Assembly (NCBI GenBank): GCA_037441705.1
Contig: JBBIRR010000003.1
Span: 50,397-114,396, forward strand
Source: Ignavibacteriales bacterium
GTDB lineage: Bacteria > Bacteroidota > Ignavibacteria > UBA10030 > UBA6906
Length of the DNA: 64,000 nucleotides
Direction: 5' to 3'
Shown here piece by piece: positions 20,621 through 28,908 of the stretch. A model generated the notes under the pieces. The model had not been told where the DNA came from, made no database searches, and worked only from the letters and a program-made list of their open reading frames with translations. Position numbers and translations under genes: made by a program. The stretch's first letter is position 1. Every line of letters begins with the position of its first letter.

Positions 20621-21907
20621 ATGAGGAGAACGATGAGAATCGGTTTGGTGAGCGCCCTCGCGGCAGGAGTGTGGATGATTGCCGGAGCGCAGATCCTTGA
20701 TCGCGTTGTCGCCGTCGTCGGCGATGAGATGATCCTGCAATCGCAGCTGGAGCAGCAGATCCAGTTTTTCGTGCTCAACAACAAGCTCGATCCGAACACC
20801 CCCGGTCTGCGCGAGCAAGTGCTGCAATCCATGATCAACGAAAAACTGATCGTTGCCAAAGCGATCGAGGATAGTGTCGTCGTCTCGGAAGAGGAAGTGA
20901 CGCAGCAACTGGAAGCCGTCATACGCGAGCGCGTGCAGGCGGTCGGGTCGGAGGAACGCCTCGAACAGTATTACGGCATGCCCATTTCGCGGATCAAGCG
21001 GGAGTTTCGGGACGAGATGCGCAACAGCCTGCTGGCGCAAAAGCTGCAGCAGCAGCGCTTCGGTGCCGCGCATATCGGACGATTGGAGGTGGAGGAGTTT
21101 TACCGAACGTACAAAGACAGCCTCGGCGACGTACCGGAGGAAGTGGAGCTTGCCCACATTCTTGTGAAGCCGAAGTTCGACGAGATGGCGAAGGCCGAAG
21201 CGCGCAAGAAGATGCAAGCGCTTCTCGACAGCCTCAAGGCAGGCGTGCCGTTTGAGGACCTCGCCCGGCGACACTCGCAGGACCCCGGCTCTGCTCCGCA
21301 GGGTGGCGACCTCGGGCTGGTGCGACGCGGATTGTTCGTGAAAGAATTTGAGAGCGCCGTCTTTGGCCTGAAGGAAGGTCAGGTCTCCGACATCGTGGAG
21401 ACGGAATTCGGCATGCATATCATCCAGCTATTAGAACGGCGCGGCGACGCAGTGCACCCACGGCACATCCTGCTGCGCATCGACCGCACACAGGCAAGCG
21501 ACGATTCTGCCATAGCATTCCTTCGATCGCTGCGGCAGCGGATTCTGGCCGGCGAAAGCTTCGCCGATGCAGCGAAGAAATATTCCGAAGACCCTGAGAC
21601 CGCCAACATCGGAGGCAACGTCGGCGTCGTGGAGCTAAGCCAGCTCCAGCAGTTCGACAAAACGTACTACGAGACCGTGATGGCCATGAAACCGGGCGAG
21701 ATCAGCGAACCGGTGAAAGTCACCGTGGGCTCACAATACGCCTACCACATCATCTGGCTCAAGAGCCGTACGCCTGCGCACAAACCCGCATTGGAGCAGG
21801 ACTACCGCCGCATCGAGAATATCGCGCTCAACTTCAAACGCCAGAAAGAGTATGCGGCGTGGATTGAAGAGTTGAAGAAAGACATCTACTGGGAATCGCG
21901 GTTGTAA
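20621..21907 (+). CDS. surA: SurA-like periplasmic chaperone/PPIase
   Basis: ILDRVVAVVG N-domain, two parvulin domains (LAHILV, GGDLG, FGMHII, PRHILL). Confidence 0.85.
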   Translation: MRRTMRIGLVSALAAGVWMIAGAQILDRVVAVVGDEMILQSQLEQQIQFFVLNNKLDPNTPGLREQVLQSMINEKLIVAKAIEDSVVVSEEEVTQQLEAVIRERVQAVGSEERLEQYYGMPISRIKREFRDEMRNSLLAQKLQQQRFGAAHIGRLEVEEFYRTYKDSLGDVPEEVELAHILVKPKFDEMAKAEARKKMQALLDSLKAGVPFEDLARRHSQDPGSAPQGGDLGLVRRGLFVKEFESAVFGLKEGQVSDIVETEFGMHIIQLLERRGDAVHPRHILLRIDRTQASDDSAIAFLRSLRQRILAGESFADAAKKYSEDPETANIGGNVGVVELSQLQQFDKTYYETVMAMKPGEISEPVKVTVGSQYAYHIIWLKSRTPAHKPALEQDYRRIENIALNFKRQKEYAAWIEELKKDIYWESRL

Positions 21908-21911
21908 CACA

Positions 21912-21961
21912 GCGCGTGAGACGCGAACGCAGATCCGCTCGAAGCGTGCTGCCTCACGCGC
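21912..21961. terminator. Inverted repeat between convergent surA and patatin genes
   Basis: GCGCGTGAG ... CTCACGCGC; long loop, no clear U-tract. Confidence 0.35.
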
Positions 21962-21980
21962 ATATGGGAACGGCTCCGCG

Positions 21981-24900
21981 CTACCTTCCGAACCACCCCT
22001 TCAGGTCTTGATACCGTTCCGTCAGCCACGTGAGCGCGGGGTGACCGAAGAGCGTATCCACGCCGAGCGCCGCGAGAGTCAACAGCGCCGCAACAATCAG
22101 AACAAGCACGGCGCGAAGCAGCGTGTTCTTGCCGCGCATGTAGTCGCCCAACAACCGCACGACGAGATGCACGCCGATCGTAATCCCTACCAGCGTCAGC
22201 GCTAACTGCTGCATCGGGCTGATGGTGAGTACCGTGGCAAAGACGAGCAGCAACGCTTCAAAGGTGTAGAGAACTTTGAGCCAATGTTTGAAGATGAGAT
22301 TGAGGAGACTGCCCGGGGAAGCGACGATTACGAGACTCCAGAAGATTTGACCGATCCGCGCAATCCACGCCACCGACGTCTTGTTCATGCTGCGCTTCTC
22401 AGCCATTCCCTCCAGCATCTTGCCGATGATCCGTGTTGATCGTGAGATGATCGTCAGCATTGCCTCGGGGTCAGGCGCGCGGCGCACCGTGTAGCCCGTG
22501 CGGAAATATTCGAGCAACTGTTCCTTCGTGAGCAGATAGCGGAACACGGACTGCATCTTTGTGTTGAGCGAGGAGCCGTATGCCTCTTCCAGCATTTCAC
22601 GCAGCGCGGAGTCGCTCAAGCGCTTGGCGGGAGCTGTGCGTGCGAGAATCTCCGTCAGCACGGTCCAGATTTCCTGACGATCCTCCGGCTGCAAGTCCTC
22701 TTCGAGGATAGCCGCGTGCGCTTCGGCAATTAACTGCTTGCGTTGTTCGGCAAGCTCCTCTCCCGGCAGCATTGCCGCAATGATGCGTTCCGCGCCATCG
22801 AGTCTGCCCCAGAGGATGTCGTTCTTACGCCAGAGCGTGTCGAGGAAGGCTCCGAAGTTCGCCAGCGCCGTTCCGGCAAGCTTGCTGCGGCCGTCGGGAC
22901 GCCGCCGCTCGGCGCGCTCGTCAATCAGGCTCCGCGCATCTTCGGGACTGATGCGGATGACCTCGACGGTATCCAGCTCGCCGGCGCCGGTGTTGTACAG
23001 CGCGGGAAACGTAATCAGGTCGTAGTCGTCGTAGTACTGATAGTAGTGCCAGAGGCATTCTTTCGCGATCCGTTCCGGTGTCTCCTTTTCACCCCTTGCC
23101 GGTTTGAGCGTCTCGACGCTCAGGCGCGAGGCCTCGCTGGTTGCTTTGAGAATGTACTCGGCAAGTTTTGCCGCGAGAATCTTCAGTCGTTGTTCCACGA
23201 CGGGGTCGTCAACGATTGCTCGCGCTTGCGGCATCCGCTCAAGCTCGCTCCGTTTCAGAATACTCTCCAGGCGTTCGGCAGAAATACCTATTGCCGTGAC
23301 GTACTCGTGCATGGGGTTTTTGTTGATACGAGCATGAAGGGCTTGCTGCGCCGCGTTGAGTATGGAAAACGCCTCGTTGAGTCGTGAACGCATAAGGACC
23401 AGCTGCCTGCGGAATGCCTCGGCCTCCTTCCCATTCAGATTGAAACTGATGCCGATGCTCTTGAGCAGGCCTTCCGCCTCCGGGCCGCCGCCGTAGAGAA
23501 CATCCGACTTCCCTTGAACAAACACCGTGCGCCGAATTCTGTAGCCAAGATCAAAGTCTAACAGAAAGCGATTCTCGGTAAGCTGCTCCTCTTTCGGCTT
23601 GTTCTTCGCGTAGTAGACGGTGTAGTGCTTGCTGCGCCAGGCGCGGATGAGATAGCGGATGGCAAGCAGATGGTCGGAGTTCTCATCAAGACCGGCCGCG
23701 CGCACGATCAGCTCGGCAAGCTCGTCAGTCACCGCGCCCACCTTCAGGCGCTGGTACCCGCCGTAGCCGATGCCTTTCTGACGAATCATCTCCTTCAAAT
23801 CCTGATTCGCCCAGTCCAGTCCCTTCTTCGGCTCTATGCGCGCCCCTTTCACCGCATTCACATCATCCTCGATGCCGCGCGTGATGCGCATGATGCGTTC
23901 CACCATTGCGTTGCGCTGCAGAACACGCTGCAAATCCTCGCGGATTGTTTCGTAGCGCGGCAGCGTCAGCACGGCCGCCTGCACATTCTCCAGGGCGTCG
24001 GGCTTAGCTGATGTTTCGGGAATTTCCTCCGGATGCTGCGGCGCCGGCTCGATGTAGATCAGCTTGCGATCGATGGGAAGATTTGCCTGCCTCCCGACGA
24101 GCGCATCAATGGCGTAGCTGAAGGGCTTGTTGTCGAGATAGCCGCCGTCGCCGAAGAAGCGATTCGGGAACGGAATACTCGCGCCGGTTTGCACCGCACG
24201 GTAGTTCTCGATGAATCGTTCCCATAACGGACTGCCGGACGTGAGATCCGTCTTGCTGTAAGGCTCAATGCGGCGGACGAAGTCGTCGATATCGCTCAGG
24301 CGCATTGGTTCGAAGGCGAACGGAAAGGACGACGTGCAGCGCGCGGCAAAGGCGAGGAAAGGATTGAACTCACGCGCAAAGTCGTTGCGGAGATAAACCG
24401 TCTGCGTTCCTGTGGAGGCAGCAAAGTCGGTGCGCGACGGCTCGCCGTGCGGCGTCGCGTAGTAGCGGAAGTGAAACACATTCTTGTGGCGGCGTTCGTA
24501 GACGATGTCGTCGGCCAGACGCAGCGGCACCGTCACGCCCTGGATGTCCGTTGCGGTCACGAACAGATCCACCTCATCGCCGAACGGCGAGCGTTCGCTC
24601 GCTCCCGCGGCTTCCATCCCATCGAATGCCTTCAACAGTTTCAGGTACATGCGTTTGCTGTTGAGCAGGGACGTTGGCGGGTCTTGTAGTGAAAGAAGGG
24701 ATTCCTTCTTCACCGAATGCTTATCGTTCAGCAGCAAGCCGATATCGCCCTCCTCCACCCACAAACGTTTGAGATCGTCAAGAGGCTGGTTGTTGGCGAG
24801 CGCTTTGGCGAGAAAGATGGCATTGATGCCGCCGGCGGAGGTTCCCGAAAGCACATCAATGACGAAGCGCGTGCGGATAGGGTCGGATTCTCCCACCTCT

Positions 24901-25157
24901 TGCAGCGGCCGATGGCCCGTGAGCATCTGTCCCAACTTGCGGTAGACTCGCTCGGTGCCCGTCAGCTCCGCGTTGAGCAGGAGAGGCTGATCGGGACTGT
25001 CGGGATTGGCAGGGGCGGTCGCACGCACCAGACGATACAACTCCTGCGCAATGCCGTTGATGTAGATGGCCAGCGAGACGCCGCCGTACATCACGATGGC
25101 GAGTCGAACTTCCTGAGTGAATCGGCATTGCGGCGTGACAGTCGACGCGGCACTCAT
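21981..25157 (-). CDS. Large patatin-related phospholipase (DUF3376-type C-terminus, membrane anchored)
   Basis: GGVSLAIY oxyanion loop, GTSAG nucleophile, DGGYLDNKPF, NDILWGRLDGAE; C-terminal TM helices. Confidence 0.88.
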   Translation of the reverse strand: MSAASTVTPQCRFTQEVRLAIVMYGGVSLAIYINGIAQELYRLVRATAPANPDSPDQPLLLNAELTGTERVYRKLGQMLTGHRPLQEVGESDPIRTRFVIDVLSGTSAGGINAIFLAKALANNQPLDDLKRLWVEEGDIGLLLNDKHSVKKESLLSLQDPPTSLLNSKRMYLKLLKAFDGMEAAGASERSPFGDEVDLFVTATDIQGVTVPLRLADDIVYERRHKNVFHFRYYATPHGEPSRTDFAASTGTQTVYLRNDFAREFNPFLAFAARCTSSFPFAFEPMRLSDIDDFVRRIEPYSKTDLTSGSPLWERFIENYRAVQTGASIPFPNRFFGDGGYLDNKPFSYAIDALVGRQANLPIDRKLIYIEPAPQHPEEIPETSAKPDALENVQAAVLTLPRYETIREDLQRVLQRNAMVERIMRITRGIEDDVNAVKGARIEPKKGLDWANQDLKEMIRQKGIGYGGYQRLKVGAVTDELAELIVRAAGLDENSDHLLAIRYLIRAWRSKHYTVYYAKNKPKEEQLTENRFLLDFDLGYRIRRTVFVQGKSDVLYGGGPEAEGLLKSIGISFNLNGKEAEAFRRQLVLMRSRLNEAFSILNAAQQALHARINKNPMHEYVTAIGISAERLESILKRSELERMPQARAIVDDPVVEQRLKILAAKLAEYILKATSEASRLSVETLKPARGEKETPERIAKECLWHYYQYYDDYDLITFPALYNTGAGELDTVEVIRISPEDARSLIDERAERRRPDGRSKLAGTALANFGAFLDTLWRKNDILWGRLDGAERIIAAMLPGEELAEQRKQLIAEAHAAILEEDLQPEDRQEIWTVLTEILARTAPAKRLSDSALREMLEEAYGSSLNTKMQSVFRYLLTKEQLLEYFRTGYTVRRAPDPEAMLTIISRSTRIIGKMLEGMAEKRSMNKTSVAWIARIGQIFWSLVIVASPGSLLNLIFKHWLKVLYTFEALLLVFATVLTISPMQQLALTLVGITIGVHLVVRLLGDYMRGKNTLLRAVLVLIVAALLTLAALGVDTLFGHPALTWLTERYQDLKGWFGR

Positions 25158-25204
25158 GGGGATGCCTCCGGTTGGATAGTGGGAGATGGCGAAGTTGTGC
25201 GACC

Positions 25205-25233
25205 ATCTTACTCATTCGCATTGCCAATGTCAA
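25205..25233 (-). promoter_or_regulatory. Candidate sigma70-type promoter of patatin gene
   Basis: TTGACA-17-TAAGAT on minus strand. Confidence 0.6.
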
Positions 25234-25263
25234 GCAAAACATCTGCTCGCGGCCACTTCCTCC

Positions 25264-26416
25264 GTCATTCTGAGCGAGCGCAGCGAGCGAGGAATCCAGA
25301 ACGAGCATCAGCCTGAATCTTGAACCCCAAACCTCAAACCTCGAACCGACCCGCGCCTCACGCCGCCCGCTCTTCCGTCACGGCACAAGGTTGCGCACAG
25401 AAGCCGTGATGTCCGGTCGCCGTCGTCACCCTGAGCGCAGTCCCGCCGCTTTTCAGGCGGGACGGAGTCGAAGGGTGTTCCGCGCAATTGTGTAGGGACA
25501 CGGCTCCGCCGTGTCCTAATGTGAGGAACGCTGAATGGTTGCGTTGATGATCCGCGGCGTGTACACGCGTAAAGCAGGACATGCCGGAGGCATGTCCCTA
25601 CAATCATGTTCGCCGGGTCTGGATGCTTCGCGCTTGGAAAGCAGCGCTCAGCATGACGGAGTAGTCCACTTCCCGCCCTTCCGTCACGGCACAAGGTTGC
25701 GCGCGTAAGCCGTGACATCCGATCGCTTCGTCACCCCGAGCGCAGTCCCGCCGCTTTTCAGGCGGGACGGAGTCGAAGGGTGGATGCTTCGCGCTTGGAA
25801 AGCAGCGCTCAGCATGACAGTGTTGGCCAGTGCAACCTCCGCGTTGCGTACTCGTGGGTCACGTAGTGACCTCACGACGATAGCCCGACCTTTCAAGGTC
25901 GGGATACCAATCACAGGCCCATCATACCCGTCGCGTAGCGACGGAATGAAAACTTGGTGATCACGAGAGAAGCGCGAAACGGAGTGTCAACGTGGCGAGG
26001 CGATACAGGCCGCCCCTACGGGGCTTACGTTCTTTTAGGCATTGTCAGCGCTACAAACAGGTCGTCCCTACGGGACTTGCGAGGAGCACGAGTGTTGATT
26101 TGAGCATCCGCTCCGTAGGAGCGGTACTGTCTGTAGAACTCAACGGCAAGGACATCGCGCAAGCCCCATCGGCGCGACCTGATCATGTTCCGATCCGCGA
26201 ATCCTGAATCCGCCCGCCGAACCCCGAACCTCGAACCATGCATCCGCGATTGAACATGGCGACCCGGGTCTCACGCCGCCCGCCCTTCCGTCACGGCACA
26301 AGGTTGCGCGCATAAGCCGTGACGTCCGATCGCTTCGTCATTCTGAGCCTCGCTTTTCGGAGGCGAAGAATCCAGAACGAGAATCAACCTGAATCCTGAA
26401 TCTCGAATCCTGCATC
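25264..26416. repeat. Mosaic of REP/REPIN-like palindromic repeats and heptamer microsatellites
   Basis: Three copies of CCGTCACGGCACAAGGTTGCGC...AAGCCGTGA (near 25375, 25681, 26288); four GTCAYYCYGAGC...GA(A/G)G elements; GTAG REP pair 25492-25601; CCCCTACGGGG-type hairpins 26005-26181; heptamer runs 25313-25347 and 26389-26416. Confidence 0.9.
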
Positions 26417-26487
26417 GTAACTCCCCACCACAACCCCCGAACGCGAATCCGTCGCTCCAGCATTCCGGGGTAGCCAGATGCGGTTCG

Positions 26488-26516
26488 TTGATTTTCCCTA
26501 TGCTTTTGGTTACTTT
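26488..26516 (+). promoter_or_regulatory. Candidate sigma70-type promoter of glycosylation locus
   Basis: TTGATT-17-TACTTT. Confidence 0.55.
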
Positions 26517-26573
26517 GAATCCCAGTTCTGTCCCGGCACTAAAGTCGGGAGTGGTATTTGTTGAGAAGCCTTC

Positions 26574-27707
26574 ATGCCCGATCAGACATCCGAACCCTCC
26601 GGCCAGCAACAACCCGAGCGCCCGCAGCGTCCCTACCGGGGTCGCCATTACTATCGTGACCGGCGACGGGAAGCCGAAACGACCACGGCCGAGACGGAAG
26701 GACAACCGACGCAGACGCCGCAGGTGCCGCCGCAGCAGCGACAGGAGCAGAGACAACACGGTCAGCAGCATCATAAAGGGATCGACATCAGTGTTGTCAT
26801 CCCGCTCTATAACGAAGAGGAGTCGCTCAAAGAACTCCACCAGCAGCTCCGCTCCACGTTGCAGCGGATGCGCGTTCGCTATGAACTGCTGTTCGTTGAC
26901 GACGGCAGCACGGATCGTTCGTTCAATGTGCTGCGCGACGCGAAGCGATTCGATGGTCGCGTCAAAATCATCCGCTTCCGCCGCAACTACGGCAAATCTG
27001 CAGCGCTTGCCGTCGGCTTCGAGAAAGCTCAGGGCACGTACGTCGTTACCATGGACGCCGATTTGCAGGATGATCCGGCAGAGATTCCTTCGCTGATCAA
27101 GAAACTCGAAGAGGGCTATGATCTGGTCTCGGGATGGAAGAAGGTACGCCGCGATCCCATCACGAAGACAATTCCCTCCCGCTTCTTCAACTTCGTTACG
27201 TCGTTGATGACGGGAATAAAGATTCACGACTTCAACTGTGGATTGAAGGCGTATCGCAACGAAGTGGTGAAGGCAATTCAGCCGTACGGCGAGCTTCATC
27301 GCTATCTGCCCGTGCTTGCGCACAACGCGGGGTTTCGGGTGGGGGAGATGGTGGTGCAACACCGGCCGCGCAAGTACGGCAAAACGAAGTTCGGGGTGGG
27401 GAGATTCTGGAAAGGGTTTCTCGACCTTCTGACGGTGCTCTTTACGACGCGCTATTTCCGCCGTCCGCTCCATCTGTTTGGTTTTTGGGGGATGGCGTGT
27501 GCGCTGACCGGCATGGTGATCGACGGCTGGCTTGCCATCGAGTGGCTTCAGGGCAAGACGGCATTGAGCAACCGGCCGCTCTTCCTCGGTGGTATTCTTC
27601 TGATCATTGTGGGGATTCAGTTCGTGTCGATCGGTCTTCTCGGTGAGATGATTAGCAAGTCGAAACGCACGACCGACGAATATACAATCCGCGACTACAT
27701 CAAGTAA
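26574..27707 (+). CDS. GT2 polyprenyl-phosphate glycosyltransferase (ArnC/GtrB/DPM-like)
   Basis: VVIPLYNEE, VDDGSTD, RNYGKS, MDADLQDDP, HDFNCGLK, two C-terminal TM helices; Gln/Arg-rich N-terminal extension. Confidence 0.92.
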   Translation: MPDQTSEPSGQQQPERPQRPYRGRHYYRDRRREAETTTAETEGQPTQTPQVPPQQRQEQRQHGQQHHKGIDISVVIPLYNEEESLKELHQQLRSTLQRMRVRYELLFVDDGSTDRSFNVLRDAKRFDGRVKIIRFRRNYGKSAALAVGFEKAQGTYVVTMDADLQDDPAEIPSLIKKLEEGYDLVSGWKKVRRDPITKTIPSRFFNFVTSLMTGIKIHDFNCGLKAYRNEVVKAIQPYGELHRYLPVLAHNAGFRVGEMVVQHRPRKYGKTKFGVGRFWKGFLDLLTVLFTTRYFRRPLHLFGFWGMACALTGMVIDGWLAIEWLQGKTALSNRPLFLGGILLIIVGIQFVSIGLLGEMISKSKRTTDEYTIRDYIK

Positions 27708-27792
27708 GCGAAATGATATCTGAACTCTCGAGGCGCAGCTCCTGTCCGCCCTTGCTCCTGCTGCGCGATCGAATGTTCCTATCCGCTCTGCC

Positions 27793-28890
27793 ATGACGAT
27801 CTCGTACGAAACGCTCAAGACCGACTGCCGGTGGTTTGTGGGACAGGTGCCGTGCAGGCCTCACAAGCAGCACGGTGTGCATTGTGTTGACGAAGCAGGG
27901 AATGACTGTCCGCATTACGAACGGCAGATCTCCAACATCCTTATCATCAAACTCGGTGCGCTGGGCGATGTCATTCGCACGACGCCGATCCTGCGGCGCT
28001 TGCGGGCAGAGTATCCACAGGCGCGTATCTGGTGGGTGACGCTCTCACCCGAAGTGGTGGAGCCGTTTGTTGATGTCGCGCTTCCGCTGGATGCCGAACA
28101 TTTCCCGGCGTTGCAGTCCACGCAGTTCGACATCATTTACAACCTCGACAAAGAAACCGAAGCCTGCGGCCTGATGGCCTCGCTTTCGGCGCGCGTCAAG
28201 AAAGGATTCACGCTTGTCCACGGCAAGCCGGCACCGATCGATGCCGACGCAGTTCATAAGTTTATGACGGGGGTCTTCGATGATCTCAACAAAGCCAACA
28301 CCAAGAGTTATCCGGAAGAGATTTTCGAAATCTGCGGCTTTCGCTTTGCCGGCGAAAAATATCTGTTAGATGTTCCGCCTGCAGATGCGTACCGATGGAA
28401 ATTGCCGAAGAAGAAGCCTATCATTGGATTGAACACGGGTTGCGGCGGACGATGGGTTTCCCGCTTGTGGCCCGAGAAACACTGGGTAGCGCTTGCGCGC
28501 ACGCTGAAGAAGGCTGGTTACGTGCCGCTGCTGTTGGGCGGAGAACAGGAGGATGCAAAGAATCGGCGTATAGCGCGATTGAGCGGCGCGACGTATCTCG
28601 GGCATTTCCCGTTTCGACAATTCATCTCCTTGGTTGACCAATGCGATCTCGTCGTGACCGCCGTGACGATGGCGATGCATGTGACAATTGGATTGAACAA
28701 GAAGATCGTGTTGTTCAATAATATCTTTAACAGGCACGAGTTCGAGTTGTATGGATTGGGGGAAATTTTGGAGCCGGACTTCGACTGCACATGTTATTTC
28801 TCACCAACGTGTCCCAACAACTGCATGCAGTACATTTCGGTGGATCGCGTGTTCGAGACCGTTCGATCTCTACTCCGCCGTGATCACTAA
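27793..28890 (+). CDS. GT9 family glycosyltransferase with Cys-rich termini
   Basis: IIKLGALGDVIRTTP, GLNTGCG..W..RLWP; four Cys at each end. Confidence 0.88.
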   Translation: MTISYETLKTDCRWFVGQVPCRPHKQHGVHCVDEAGNDCPHYERQISNILIIKLGALGDVIRTTPILRRLRAEYPQARIWWVTLSPEVVEPFVDVALPLDAEHFPALQSTQFDIIYNLDKETEACGLMASLSARVKKGFTLVHGKPAPIDADAVHKFMTGVFDDLNKANTKSYPEEIFEICGFRFAGEKYLLDVPPADAYRWKLPKKKPIIGLNTGCGGRWVSRLWPEKHWVALARTLKKAGYVPLLLGGEQEDAKNRRIARLSGATYLGHFPFRQFISLVDQCDLVVTAVTMAMHVTIGLNKKIVLFNNIFNRHEFELYGLGEILEPDFDCTCYFSPTCPNNCMQYISVDRVFETVRSLLRRDH

Positions 28891-28908
28891 CGCATCTTCC
28901 CGTACCCG

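Noticed and set aside
25308-26243. Short ORFs in the repeat mosaic, and 55747-56187 in the tandem repeat
   Set aside because: Translations merely mirror the DNA repeats; no protein features or convincing starts
25264-26416. CRISPR array interpretation of the repeat cluster
   Set aside because: Repeats are long, composite and irregularly spaced, intervening DNA is itself repetitive, and no cas genes are present
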